Origin: Promethearchaeota archaeon
GTDB lineage: Archaea > Asgardarchaeota > Heimdallarchaeia > Hodarchaeales > Hodarchaeaceae
Reading direction: 5' to 3'
Assembly: GCA_048938105.1 (NCBI GenBank)
Contig: JBHLMN010000020.1
Span: 46,627 to 110,626, forward strand
Length of the DNA stretch: 64,000 nt
Positions 29,956 through 40,305 of this stretch are shown piece by piece. The notes under the pieces were generated by a model. That model was not told the DNA's origin and did no database searches. It was given only the letters and a program-made list of their open reading frames with translations. The position numbers were made by a program, and so were the translations under genes. Within the stretch, counting starts at the first letter, position 1. Each line of letters opens with the position of its first letter.

Positions 29956-30813
29956 ATGGTACATGTTTATTTGAAGAATTTACGTAAATCATGGTTGACA
30001 GGCATTGTGCCTCCCTTGTTTGTCGTTGGTTTTGTTGCGACAATAGCTATTGGTTTCCCCTCTTTACGAAAAACAATACTTGATCGATTAGCACAAATGA
30101 GTAATCCGGTCTATCAAGCAATTCTAGGTGATCTAGGTCTTGAGGGCCTTGGATTGACTTGGCAAGGGGCTCTTTTCATGTATGCTGGAGGGACCATGAA
30201 TATAATTCTCCTCTTTGTAGCTCTCTTTATACCAGCCCGACTTTTATCTACTGAGATCGATAAAAACACCCTGGATGTTATGTTGAGTTATCCTATCCCT
30301 CGATGGCGCTATTTATTGGAAAAATTCAGTGTCTATCTTACTTACGGTCTTATCTTTCCGATTTCTCTTGGTGCAATTTTGATTGGATCAACGGAAGTTA
30401 TGAAAATAGTGTATCCAGACGGTTTTGTATTTGAGGGTGAACCGTATAAGTATGAAATCGATAATAATCTTGTTTTAAATTACGCTATCGGCATTTTTTT
30501 GTTACTATTTGCGCTTGGGGCAATCTCTCTCCTTTGTGCGTCCATCTTCTTAGAATCGAATAAGTCCTTATCTGTTGCAGGTGCCTTAATCATAGGTCAA
30601 TATTTCCTAGAAAGCTTAGGAGGATTACTGGCTGGAGTGTTGGAAGGATTTGTTGAAATTCAAGCTTTTTCCCTTTTCCACTACTTTAAAATTAATAGTA
30701 TTTTGGAGACTGGAATGCTTCCATTCTTCGACATAGTCATTGTTGCTGGAGTTGGTATCATAGCACTCATCGGAGCCCTTGTTATCTTCCATAAAAGAGA
30801 ATTTGCGATATAG
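29956..30813 (+). CDS. ABC-2 type exporter permease
   Basis: EIDKNTLDVMLSYPIPRWRYLLEK motif; 6 TM; ends F-x-KRE. Confidence 0.9.
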   Translation: MVHVYLKNLRKSWLTGIVPPLFVVGFVATIAIGFPSLRKTILDRLAQMSNPVYQAILGDLGLEGLGLTWQGALFMYAGGTMNIILLFVALFIPARLLSTEIDKNTLDVMLSYPIPRWRYLLEKFSVYLTYGLIFPISLGAILIGSTEVMKIVYPDGFVFEGEPYKYEIDNNLVLNYAIGIFLLLFALGAISLLCASIFLESNKSLSVAGALIIGQYFLESLGGLLAGVLEGFVEIQAFSLFHYFKINSILETGMLPFFDIVIVAGVGIIALIGALVIFHKREFAI

Positions 30814-30940
30814 CGACATTAATTCTTTTCTTCTTTCCTTTTTTCTTAAAAATTGTTTAAATTGGACGTAAATCCTGGAAATATAAGTAGAAAATAGGAT
30901 TTTTCTTTCTCCCATGAAGTCTATAGAAGAGTTCTGATTC
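30791..30940 (+). repeat. Degenerate direct repeat, copy 1
   Basis: ATAAAAGAGAATTTGCGATATAGCGACATTAATTCTT...TATAAGTAGAAAATAGGATTT-TTCTTTCTCCCATGAA...TATAGAA; homologous to 33331-33547. Confidence 0.75.
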
Positions 30941-31009
30941 ATTGAAAATTTATAGATTATTGAAGTGTGTTGAGTAAAGAAAAAAAAGAAGAAAATAGTG
31001 GTTATTCAC

Positions 31010-33253
31010 TTATTTCTTGTATTTATATTTTCGATAAAAAATGACTCCAAGTGAAAGTAAGACAATTTCAAAACCTGTCAGTGTAATTGGTGTATTCAAA
31101 GAAATTACGCTTTCTTCGCTAGATTCTGAACTCGTTGTTTTTTCTGATGTGGTTTCAGAGGTGGTGGTTGTTGTTTGTTCTGTGGTTGACTCTGGTGTAA
31201 TGTAGATTGAATAATATTTTCCTTCATTGTCATTAGTAGCTTCATTTTTAGACTCGGATGCATCATATGCTTGGATATAATACTCTATTTTTGTATCTGC
31301 GGCAAAAGATCCGATGTTTACCCGCCATGTTGTTCCAGATTGATACTCCATGGCCGTTGAAGTCCATCCTCCTCCATTAATTTGAATGTATGCATCTACG
31401 TTTGCTATTCCTGATTCATCTTCAATATCTGCATAAATAATTAGAGTATCCCCCTCGATGGGGTCAGAGGGAAAATGATACACATTAGTTATCATTGGTT
31501 CAGTAGTATCTTCGACTTTAAATGAATAATAAGCACCGAAATTGTCATCAGTTACCATATTATGATCATCCGTATCATCCATAGCAGTGATATAATACAT
31601 AATTTCTTGCCCAAACATGAAGGGTCCTATTTCAGCTTGATACACATCATCAAATTGCCATATTAAAGCTTCAACGACCCAACCAGTATTATCTATTTGA
31701 TAGTACAAATCAGCTGAAAAGATTCCTGAACGATCTGTAATGTTTACGCTTATTGTGACATTTTCTCCCGCAGTGGGATTAACTGGAGACATTTCTACAT
31801 TGGAAATAGCTGGAACATCTGGAGACACCACTGTTATAAAAACAGAATGAAAAACTTTATTCGTATCATCATCAACTACTACCACTGTCAGATTATGAAT
31901 ACTTGGAGATTCTAACCGATAGTCCAGACTACACACTATCGGTACCCCTGAAAAGCATTCTTCCACAGCAATTGGATAACTATTCCAATATAAATAATAT
32001 ATCAGATTTTGTCGATCTATTGGTGTCCATGACACCTTATGACCGAGAGAATTCTGTTCAACCGTAATAGAGGAAGGTGGTGTGTCGATCAATGCAGGGG
32101 GAAGTATAATATCATCTTGGTAAACACGATCTGTAGCTGTTACTACTTCTAGGATGTAGTCTTCATCAAAATCGAATAATCGAAAGAAAAGGTTACAACT
32201 TAATGAATAATCTTTAGCAATTATAGTCCCATTTGATGCAAGTTCAACTATGGTGAATTGGGCACCATTACCTTCAAGTAATACTTCTGGCAATCCATCA
32301 CCATCTACATCTCCTGCATGAGTATCAAAATGGGCTGAAGGGCTGTATGTAATGTTATATAGGTCGAGTCCAGTACCATTCCATTCAAATTGTGTAATCG
32401 GATAATTTGGCACACCACCAACGTTTGCTAAACCACCAATAATTTCCAATTCCAGATCATTATCTATATCTACTACTGAAAAAGCTGCATAATCTTTATT
32501 GGAATATGGACGTTGATATTCCTCTTCATATAAACCCCCATTATACCCGTACACATGTAAAACGGGAGTACTTGAAGTGATGATTTCATTTTCACCATCC
32601 CTATCAATGTCACCGATACCAACATCAAACCAAGCACCTCCAGAAAGAACTGCATCTTGTTGGAAATTTGTAAAACCAGAATTCCACGAATAGATAAATG
32701 TGGACGTACGTGTGTTTGTAATCAATTCAGGATCCCCATCTCGATCAATATCGTAAACCTGAGGTGCACCATCATAGAAATAGATGATATTTCCTTTAGT
32801 TTCCCACTTCCTAGAATATCCAGTACCATTCCATCCAATAAATACTCCGTGTCCTTGAAGATTCCCAAGAATTTCTGGAAGGCCATCCTCATCAAAATCG
32901 TAAACTAGATAAGGTACAAAAGTATCAGAAGAGTTGGGAGAGAGGAAAAGTTCAGCTTCTATTATATAACTTGCACCTGAAGGTAAAAGGATTCTTACTG
33001 TTCCATTATAATAATTTCCAAGAATTATCCTTGATACACCATCAGGATGGCAATTCCCAACAGCAATACCGCTGCTAGAAGGAAAGCTCGTTATTGTATA
33101 TAATTCAATAAAATTATGACTGATATTCGCATTATCGGTTGATTGAGCAACAACTGGGGAGAATTTGAGGGCTTGAGAAAATGAAACAAAAGCTAGAAAT
33201 AAAGTAAATCCTAAAACCAAATATGAATTTGTCTTATTCCACAATTTTTTCAC
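31010..33253 (-). CDS. Secreted FG-GAP/VCBS-repeat surface protein with Ig-like domains, Thr/Ser linker and C-terminal TM anchor
   Basis: DFDEDGLPEI, DIDRDGDPEL, DIDRDGENEI, DIDNDLELEI, DVDGDGLPEV; duplicated DN-x-G-x-YY domains; TGFEIVLLSLGVIFYRKYKYKK. Confidence 0.88.
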   Translation of the reverse strand: MKKLWNKTNSYLVLGFTLFLAFVSFSQALKFSPVVAQSTDNANISHNFIELYTITSFPSSSGIAVGNCHPDGVSRIILGNYYNGTVRILLPSGASYIIEAELFLSPNSSDTFVPYLVYDFDEDGLPEILGNLQGHGVFIGWNGTGYSRKWETKGNIIYFYDGAPQVYDIDRDGDPELITNTRTSTFIYSWNSGFTNFQQDAVLSGGAWFDVGIGDIDRDGENEIITSSTPVLHVYGYNGGLYEEEYQRPYSNKDYAAFSVVDIDNDLELEIIGGLANVGGVPNYPITQFEWNGTGLDLYNITYSPSAHFDTHAGDVDGDGLPEVLLEGNGAQFTIVELASNGTIIAKDYSLSCNLFFRLFDFDEDYILEVVTATDRVYQDDIILPPALIDTPPSSITVEQNSLGHKVSWTPIDRQNLIYYLYWNSYPIAVEECFSGVPIVCSLDYRLESPSIHNLTVVVVDDDTNKVFHSVFITVVSPDVPAISNVEMSPVNPTAGENVTISVNITDRSGIFSADLYYQIDNTGWVVEALIWQFDDVYQAEIGPFMFGQEIMYYITAMDDTDDHNMVTDDNFGAYYSFKVEDTTEPMITNVYHFPSDPIEGDTLIIYADIEDESGIANVDAYIQINGGGWTSTAMEYQSGTTWRVNIGSFAADTKIEYYIQAYDASESKNEATNDNEGKYYSIYITPESTTEQTTTTTSETTSEKTTSSESSEESVISLNTPITLTGFEIVLLSLGVIFYRKYKYKK

Positions 33254-33330
33254 CTAGATGTGATTAAACTAAATTCAATAATTCTTGTTAGTTTATTGAT
33301 TCTAACTTAAATAATTAACCAAATATAGCA

Positions 33331-33547
33331 ATAAAAGAAGATTTTTCGATTTAGCGACACTAATTCTTCTTTTTTTTCTTTCAATCAATCTGGTTTAGTT
33401 ATCGTTGATGTTTCTTGGTAATTTATAAAAGCTATTGCTAAAACATTGAGAAAAATCTGATTAATTTGGGCCTGAACCCAGAAATTATAAGTAGAAAATA
33501 GAATTTATTCTTTCTCCCCCATGAAACTTATAGAATAATTCAGATTC
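33331..33547 (+). repeat. Degenerate direct repeat, copy 2 (about 70 bp longer internally)
   Basis: ATAAAAGAAGATTTTTCGATTTAGCGACACTAATTCTT...TATAAGTAGAAAATAGAATTTATTCTTTCTCCCCCATGAA...TATAGAA. Confidence 0.75.
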
Positions 33548-33678
33548 CCGAAATAACTTTGGATAGTCTTTCTGCTCCATGTATTCTTCATTGAGTCTCT
33601 AGTTCCCTTGATGGATATCTTTTATTTTTGCCATAAAAATCACAGGACTAAACTAGATAGGATAATTCTTGTTGATTT

Positions 33679-33948
33679 CTATTTTTCAAGTTTTTCTATT
33701 AATTTAATATATGCTTTCATAGCCTCTTCCTGTGACATTCCCTTTCTGGATGCCCATGCATCATACTTGTATCGTTCACGAATTTTTATTCGTCCTGGTC
33801 GTTTTCCTGTCACATCTCCTTTGAGTGCTTGCTTATATAATCCATACATTTCAAGTAAGACTTCTGGTGGTTGATTTGGAAACTTATTTGCGCGTTGCAC
33901 TACTTCTTCAAATTTTGTTTTTATAGAGGGGTCTATTTCTTCAGACAA
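33679..33948 (-). CDS. Acyl-CoA-binding protein (ACBP)
   Basis: LLEMYGLYKQA..GD....RPG......KYDAW...KGMSQEEAMKAYI signature. Confidence 0.93.
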   Translation of the reverse strand: MSEEIDPSIKTKFEEVVQRANKFPNQPPEVLLEMYGLYKQALKGDVTGKRPGRIKIRERYKYDAWASRKGMSQEEAMKAYIKLIEKLEK

Positions 33949-33981
33949 GGACTAAATCCTCCTAAATTTGTTACAGTTAAA

Positions 33982-34737
33982 TCACATTCCAGGGAAAGGG
34001 GGTGGTAATTGTAGATTAACAGGAATAGGATATTTTATGAATCGTTGTGCTCTCATACCTTCAATAATGTTATCTGCTTCTACTGCTGGGATTGTAAACA
34101 ACACTTCGTCATCGTTTGTAGCTGCAAAAACACGATCTCCATTTCCAGGAACAACAATCTGACACTCACCTGTGTTAAACGTTCGTATGATTCCTGCGGT
34201 GCAAGATGCCATAATTCCAATCAATTCACTCCTCAGTTTTTCTCCTTCCTTATACATTCTTCCCTGTATCAAACGCATAATTTGAGCAGCATTTCCGTAT
34301 ACGAGGATAACATCTGGAATTATTTTTGTGCGGGTCAGAGGAGATATTACTATCCCACCATATTTTCCTGGTTCTAAGCGATCAGAATTATCCACAATTC
34401 TTTTCGCACTTTCTTCATTGGAGGCATATCCAGCCATCTGAAAGAACTGTGCTAAAGAGGCCTCATCGATGGGTGAAGTCCATCCATAAGTAAGACTAGC
34501 TCCTGGACATCCATGATCCTCCTCAGTAATTCCCATAGTCCAACCAAATTTCCGACTCATGGTTAAAGCTTGACAGATAGCGATTTTCTGTTCTGGTCTC
34601 CTTGTTCTTTCAGGGAATTCAGATTCATCTTTCACTAGTTTTACTGCTAGTGGATAGGTTTGGGGTCGAAGTATTTCTTCTAATGATTTTCCAATATTCA
34701 TCCAATTTTCCATAATTTTCTCTCCAACAGTCTTCAT
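33982..34737 (-). CDS. DUF169 family protein
   Basis: PLAVKL, ICQA...R..G, HGCPGA, PDVILVYGNAAQIMRL, PGNGDR. Confidence 0.88.
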   Translation of the reverse strand: MKTVGEKIMENWMNIGKSLEEILRPQTYPLAVKLVKDESEFPERTRRPEQKIAICQALTMSRKFGWTMGITEEDHGCPGASLTYGWTSPIDEASLAQFFQMAGYASNEESAKRIVDNSDRLEPGKYGGIVISPLTRTKIIPDVILVYGNAAQIMRLIQGRMYKEGEKLRSELIGIMASCTAGIIRTFNTGECQIVVPGNGDRVFAATNDDEVLFTIPAVEADNIIEGMRAQRFIKYPIPVNLQLPPPFPGM

Positions 34738-34764
34738 TCTTTTAAAGTTATAGATTTAGTTTTT

Positions 34765-35463
34765 TTACCAGATTTTTGGTATTAATCGATAACGAACTTT
34801 TTGCATATATTCTTTATATCCTTCTAGTTCCTCAATCAATGATTTTTCTTCATAAATTGACCGAATCACTATAAGGATAATAACTAGTAATGCAGGAGGA
34901 AGTGCAAGAAAGGAGCCTAGTGCTATAGGAAAGCAAAGTGTCATTATAATGAACCCTATATACATAGGATGTCGAACATACGCATATGGCCCCGTATTTA
35001 TGACTTTTTGACCTTCTTGAACATCTATTGCCTTCGATGCATATACATTTTCCCGCATGACAATGAATATAATGATGAAAGTGACAAAAATCCCTCCAAA
35101 TCCAATGATCTCTAAGGGCAAGGGAACTTTATAATCTGACCATTGAAATAAATCACTTAATGCAGGATTCACACTAAAAGCAGTTATTAGGAACATTGAG
35201 AAAAAGGCTAATCCTGAAATTACTAAAAAAATTGTGTCGAAGCCTTTTTCAGGTTTGACTTTGCTTCGAGATGCTAAAATTGTTGGGTCTTTTCTCCAAA
35301 AATAAAACACAACTACCATCACATAGAGAAATGTAATAATAAGAAATATCCAAGCTTCCGTCCATTCTAAGGTACCAGCTGGTACAAAAAACAAAATCCC
35401 ATAAATGATGAATCCAACTATTACCTGCACAAGTAGACGTGGAAGAGATATTTGCTGAGACAT
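34765..35463 (-). CDS. Isoprenylcysteine carboxyl methyltransferase (ICMT/Ste14)-family membrane methyltransferase
   Basis: QKVINTGPYAYVRHPMY, R...EEK.L..EL.GY.EY...VRYRLIP. Confidence 0.92.
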   Translation of the reverse strand: MSQQISLPRLLVQVIVGFIIYGILFFVPAGTLEWTEAWIFLIITFLYVMVVVFYFWRKDPTILASRSKVKPEKGFDTIFLVISGLAFFSMFLITAFSVNPALSDLFQWSDYKVPLPLEIIGFGGIFVTFIIIFIVMRENVYASKAIDVQEGQKVINTGPYAYVRHPMYIGFIIMTLCFPIALGSFLALPPALLVIILIVIRSIYEEKSLIEELEGYKEYMQKVRYRLIPKIW

Positions 35464-35556
35464 GAATAACCTTCCTTAATTTGTTTTTTCTATCTTAAAT
35501 ACTATTTTTGATAAATGGTTTGTGAACATATCTTCTTGAAATTTTCTTTAATTGTG

Positions 35557-37833
35557 TTATCTTCTCTGTAAAAATATTACAAATAGGAGGACAATACCTA
35601 TTCCTAATAAAAGAAGGATTCCAAATAAAACATTGGAATCAACAGTGGTATCAGGATCAGTGAGAGTAAGATCGATGTCAATACTAACAACAAATGAATC
35701 CGCAAAACCGTTGTAAGTAGTATCATAAGAACTTGTTATAGGAAAATTTTCAGAATGAGTAATACCTGTTAAGTAGACCTTGCTTCTATCAGAATCTAAA
35801 GCTATAGATGTGCCTTGATCGAGCTCAGTTCCACCGAAATAGGTCGAATACAAAATAGAGGAACCGTTTACGGATATTTTAATAAGAAATGCGTCACTTT
35901 CACCATTGAATGTCGAATCATAAGCATTTACAACAAAATAATCTTCTGAACTAGTTTCACCAGTTAATAAGATATTATTTAAATTATCTAGTACAATGTC
36001 ATAACCATAATCATCATTATTTCCCCCAATAAAGGTGGAGTATTGGAGAGAGCCATTTGTAGATAATTTAACAAGGAAGATATCCCATTCACCAGTAAGT
36101 GAGGAATCATACGCATTCAAGGTGGGAAAATCATTTGAATTAGTAGATCCTGTAATGTAGATGCCGTTTGAACCATCCAAAACAATCTCGTTGCTAAAAT
36201 CATCTAATCTTCCCCCAATAAAAGTCGACCATAAAAGTAACGAACCATTACTAGCAAATTTAACAAAGAAAGTATCCCATCCCCCATTAAGCGATGAATC
36301 GTAAGCATTTACTGTTGGAAAATCCCTAGACCAAGTAGTACCAGTGATGTAGATGTTATCTGCATGATCCAGCGCGATATCCATATGTTTTACCATAAAT
36401 TCGAGTGTTTCATCTCGGGAACCACCGATATATGTTGAGTACAGGAGTGAGGAGCCATTGGCAGATAGCTTGACGATAAACGCATCACTACCACCATTTC
36501 GGGTTGGATCGTAAGCATTAACTACAGGAAAATCTAATGAGTTTGTATTCCCAATAATGTATGTATTATTTGAACTGTCTAAAGCAAGAGAATCACCTGA
36601 ATCAAAAGCACTTCCCCCAATGAAGGTAGAATAAAGGAGGGATCCGTTAGTAGATAATTTGAGGAGGAAGGCGTCTGAAAAACCTCCATGTGAAGAATCA
36701 TAAGAATATAACATTGGAAAGTCCGCTGATCTGGTTGCTCCCGTGATATAAATATTATCGCCATTTAGCACAATAGAATTTCCTGTATCGAAATCAATTC
36801 CGCCAATAAATGTGGTATATAGAAAAGAACCGTTTGATGATAATTTAGTTACAAATACATCTCTATTACCTATATGTGTAGGACTAGATACATTTTGTGA
36901 AGGAAAATCAAGTGATTTTGTCCATCCAGTGATATAGATATTATTAAAACTATCCAGTGCTATATCATTAGCTATATCATCTAAGCTGCCACCAATGTAG
37001 GTTGAATAGGTTAATATAAGTGGATCGATAATGATTGGCCTTGAATAATCATATGAAGGAGCAAATGAAAACTGAATTACTGTTGAGGGAGAAGGAAAAT
37101 GAGAGGAAGTTAGAGATTGAAGAGGAGAACCTATAGAACAATAACTGTAGATGAATGAACTATCGATTTTTTGACCGTTATCAGCATACCAAACATCCAA
37201 CTTCTCATCAATGAATGAGTAATTAGATATGATGACCTCCACTTTAGCAGGATCCACTTGTACTTCATCGACACCTAAATATACCATTTTGATCTGTTTA
37301 ATATCGGTATAAGGGTCAACAAGAAATTCGTATTTCATCCCTTTGGAATTAATTCTGTACCTGAGACTGATCCCATCGTATAAATTCTTATACACCACTT
37401 GTGAGAAGTGATTAACCTTATTAAAAACCTGTTCTCCGATGAAATAATTACTGAATCCTTGAAGTTCTTCAATCCCTGTCGGTTCCACTGAGTTCGCATC
37501 AATGAATGTTAATCCAAAAGAGGAGTCACCTACAAAAAAATAGACTTTAGAACATCCAAAACCCACCATTCCTTGAGGAATCACAGAGTAATATGAAAGA
37601 TAATTAGGGACTTGTCCGTCATTCTCACGAAACACTGAATTTATTAAGTCTGTCGAATGATCTTCAACAAAAGCGGAGTTTCTCAACTTTTCAAGACTAA
37701 ATGTGTTTGAAGATGTATTCATAGGAAGGGTACATTTGATTAACGATGTGAAATTGATGAAAGAGATTAATAGGATGATCAAAAGAATAACTAGAAATGG
37801 GAGGAATGACCTTTTAATTCTTTGAGCCTCCAA
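35557..37833 (-). CDS. SBBP seven-bladed beta-propeller surface protein with C-terminal TM
   Basis: FRENDGQ N-domain; seven L(Y/W)(S/T)T(Y/F)xGG repeats with YITG-x-T-x-S-x-DFP. Confidence 0.9.
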   Translation of the reverse strand: MEAQRIKRSFLPFLVILLIILLISFINFTSLIKCTLPMNTSSNTFSLEKLRNSAFVEDHSTDLINSVFRENDGQVPNYLSYYSVIPQGMVGFGCSKVYFFVGDSSFGLTFIDANSVEPTGIEELQGFSNYFIGEQVFNKVNHFSQVVYKNLYDGISLRYRINSKGMKYEFLVDPYTDIKQIKMVYLGVDEVQVDPAKVEVIISNYSFIDEKLDVWYADNGQKIDSSFIYSYCSIGSPLQSLTSSHFPSPSTVIQFSFAPSYDYSRPIIIDPLILTYSTYIGGSLDDIANDIALDSFNNIYITGWTKSLDFPSQNVSSPTHIGNRDVFVTKLSSNGSFLYTTFIGGIDFDTGNSIVLNGDNIYITGATRSADFPMLYSYDSSHGGFSDAFLLKLSTNGSLLYSTFIGGSAFDSGDSLALDSSNNTYIIGNTNSLDFPVVNAYDPTRNGGSDAFIVKLSANGSSLLYSTYIGGSRDETLEFMVKHMDIALDHADNIYITGTTWSRDFPTVNAYDSSLNGGWDTFFVKFASNGSLLLWSTFIGGRLDDFSNEIVLDGSNGIYITGSTNSNDFPTLNAYDSSLTGEWDIFLVKLSTNGSLQYSTFIGGNNDDYGYDIVLDNLNNILLTGETSSEDYFVVNAYDSTFNGESDAFLIKISVNGSSILYSTYFGGTELDQGTSIALDSDRSKVYLTGITHSENFPITSSYDTTYNGFADSFVVSIDIDLTLTDPDTTVDSNVLFGILLLLGIGIVLLFVIFLQRR

Positions 37834-37993
37834 TACCTGTTAAAAGCCTAAACACAATATTAAAAGGTTTCTAAGTCGATCTAATAAAACTTAAATATTA
37901 TTTCTAGCACTTTTTTTTGAAATCATTAAATACTTGATCCTTAAATATTAATTCTTAAATCAACACTTGTCAAAAAATATGGAACAATAAAAG

Positions 37994-38173
37994 ATGAATC
38001 AAAACAAGGGCCCCAATTTATGTGAATTGTGTGAAAAACGTAGGCCCATTAATATCTGTTCATTTTGCAAAGGAAATTTCTGTGAGAAATGTATTGTAGA
38101 AACGAGTAGTGGTGAATATTTCTGTAAAGCTTGTCAGCTTTCTGCAGTAAAAAGTGACCAAGCTTGTGATTAG
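37994..38173 (+). CDS. 59-aa double zinc-finger protein (B-box/FYVE-like spacing), absent from ORF track
   Basis: MNQNKGPNLCELCEKRRPINICSFCKGNFCEKCIVETSSGEYFCKACQLSAVKSDQACD*, with four CxxC pairs. Confidence 0.8.
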   Translation: MNQNKGPNLCELCEKRRPINICSFCKGNFCEKCIVETSSGEYFCKACQLSAVKSDQACD

Positions 38174-38281
38174 TCAGTGTAAATTCCGAGGAGAAGTACT
38201 TCAAATCATTAAAGGAAATTGTCTTGCCAGTACTTGAATCTTTGATGTAAAATGGACCAAGTCTTTGAACACTCTTATACA

Positions 38282-39142
38282 TTATACGTAAGTAAACTCT
38301 CGCTTTTGGAAGAATGGATTATCAAAGATAATTATTGTTAGAGCTATAACAGCGGCTGCAATTATAGCCATACCTAAAAATTCTTGAATTAAATTTGAAG
38401 TGAGTCCACCAGTCTCAATAACTTTATTCATGATCCTTCCACCATCTAGATAATGGTAAAAGGAAGCTTCTCGAAGTAGATTGGATAAATCTGGATCTGA
38501 GGCTGTAACTAATCCTCCTACAGTTTTAAGAAGGTAAGATCCTCCAACAAATAAACCTCCAAAAGCTAGAGTTTTTCCTGTATCCATAAAGATGACTGAG
38601 ATTAAAATGACGACACAAGTCATGGTAAAGTAAAGAAGCCATTTTCCTATAAGAGCTAAGAAGAACGCTTCAGCTCCATAAGGTTGAAGTTCAACTCCTA
38701 CAATTGCTGCCCCTACAATAGCTATACCAGCAGAAAGTACAGGGAACGAAAATGTAACAGTAATGAAAGCAAAGACCTTTTCCAAGATAAAACGCCATCT
38801 AGGGACTGGGAAACTTAACATAAAGTCCATTGTTCCACTATCTACCTCTTGGTTGACTATTTGAATTCCAAAAAGCAAAATGAGTGCCATAAAAAAGATA
38901 TCAGACACGGTAAAGATTTCCATTGCTAAAAATCCTTCAACCGATGTAAGATCAGCTCCCTCTGGGAGTAAAGCTTTATAAAAGGGTTGATCTAGTAGAT
39001 CTCCAAAACCTGCTACATACTCTTCAAAAGATGGCCAAAGGACTACCATCAATAATGTTAAACCCGTTAAGGCAAGTATAGGTAAAAACCAAATGAGCCA
39101 ATTTTTACGTATTTGTTTAATGTAAATTGATAACATATTCAT
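38282..39142 (-). CDS. ABC-2 type exporter permease (paralog of 29956-30813)
   Basis: EVDSGTMDFMLSFPVPRWRFILEK; FQKREF. Confidence 0.9.
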   Translation of the reverse strand: MNMLSIYIKQIRKNWLIWFLPILALTGLTLLMVVLWPSFEEYVAGFGDLLDQPFYKALLPEGADLTSVEGFLAMEIFTVSDIFFMALILLFGIQIVNQEVDSGTMDFMLSFPVPRWRFILEKVFAFITVTFSFPVLSAGIAIVGAAIVGVELQPYGAEAFFLALIGKWLLYFTMTCVVILISVIFMDTGKTLAFGGLFVGGSYLLKTVGGLVTASDPDLSNLLREASFYHYLDGGRIMNKVIETGGLTSNLIQEFLGMAIIAAAVIALTIIIFDNPFFQKREFTYV

Positions 39143-40098
39143 TCCTCCTCTGCTAAATCAAATTCATCTTTATAATAAGTAAGGAAGATTTCTTCTAAAC
39201 TACTATCTTCTAAAGTCATCCTCTTAACACGCCGAGTAGTGACAAATTTAAGAAGATTGTTTACGTCCTTTTTCACTCTTATGAGAAAATTCCCATCCTT
39301 CTTTTCAACACTAGTTACATGTGGAATAGCCTGGAATTCTGATATTTCTGGAACGTCCCCCTCAGCGAACTCAACGTTCATTGTTTGTATAGCTTTTTTC
39401 CGAAGTTCTTTGACAGTTTCAACAACAACAATTTTTCCTTTCCTGATAATACCAACACGGTCACAGATAGCTTGTACCTCTGCTAGATTGTGACTTGATA
39501 GAAAGATTGTTTTACCATTATCTCTCATCTCACGGAGTAAACCATGAAACCTGTTGGTCATTAAGGGGTCCAGACCACTAGATGGTTCATCAAGAATGAG
39601 AAGGTCAGGATTAGAAGAAAGAGCAACAATAATCACTACTTGCTGACGATTACCAGAAGATAAGTTTCTGAATCTCTGAGTGAGGTCTACTTTGAAAACA
39701 GATTTTAATTTTTTAAGGAATTTTTTATCAACAAGGCGAAACTTACCAAAATAGTTAATTAATTCATTTCCTGTGAAATTTCCATAAAGATCTACTTCAC
39801 TAAGAACGTGACCAATATTTTTTTTAATTTTCACACCATCTTTGCGATAATCTAAACCATTAATCTTTATTGTTCCGGACTTGATGGTTAAATAACCAAG
39901 AATGGAACGGATGGTGGTAGTCTTCCCCGCGCCATTTGGTCCAAGAAACCCAAAGATTTCTCCCTTTTTAACGGAGAAATTTGCATTATCTACCGCAACG
40001 ATACTGCGTCCAACTTTACGCGAACCCAGTTGAAACTCCCTTCCGTATATCTTTGTCAAGTTCTGAACTTGTAGGACAGTTTCAGCGGTTGTAGCCAT
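39139..40098 (-). CDS. ABC-2 type exporter ATP-binding protein (paralog of 29005-29946)
   Basis: GPNGAGKTT, LSSGNRQ, LILDEPSSGLDP, SSH. Confidence 0.95.
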   Translation of the reverse strand: MATTAETVLQVQNLTKIYGREFQLGSRKVGRSIVAVDNANFSVKKGEIFGFLGPNGAGKTTTIRSILGYLTIKSGTIKINGLDYRKDGVKIKKNIGHVLSEVDLYGNFTGNELINYFGKFRLVDKKFLKKLKSVFKVDLTQRFRNLSSGNRQQVVIIVALSSNPDLLILDEPSSGLDPLMTNRFHGLLREMRDNGKTIFLSSHNLAEVQAICDRVGIIRKGKIVVVETVKELRKKAIQTMNVEFAEGDVPEISEFQAIPHVTSVEKKDGNFLIRVKKDVNNLLKFVTTRRVKRMTLEDSSLEEIFLTYYKDEFDLAEEE

Positions 40099-40158
40099 AA
40101 TTAATCACATCTCTGTCGTGTATTCCCAGAATAAAAAACATGTTTTGTAAGTTGTTTT

Positions 40159-40179
40159 CTTGCATAGTTTGAACAAATT
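40159..40179. promoter_or_regulatory. Putative operator CTTGCATAGTTTGAACAAATT upstream of ABC operon 2
   Basis: 17/21 identical to 42789-42809. Confidence 0.5.
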
Positions 40180-40305
40180 GTGAAAAGTATTTAAGTTTTT
40201 GCAATTTAACCTTCAGAATGAAATTGAAGCTAGATTAAAATTGGTTAAATCAAGCCATTATTTTGTCTTCTATGTGTAAATCAACGATTTGAAAGTAATA
40301 ATTGT

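Noticed and set aside
30625-30942. 105-aa minus-strand ORF across repeat copy 1 as a transposase remnant
   Set aside because: Antisense to the permease end, frame not preserved in copy 2, no recognisable transposase motif
38049-38282. 77-aa minus-strand ORF
   Set aside because: No motif; antisense to the four-CxxC microprotein
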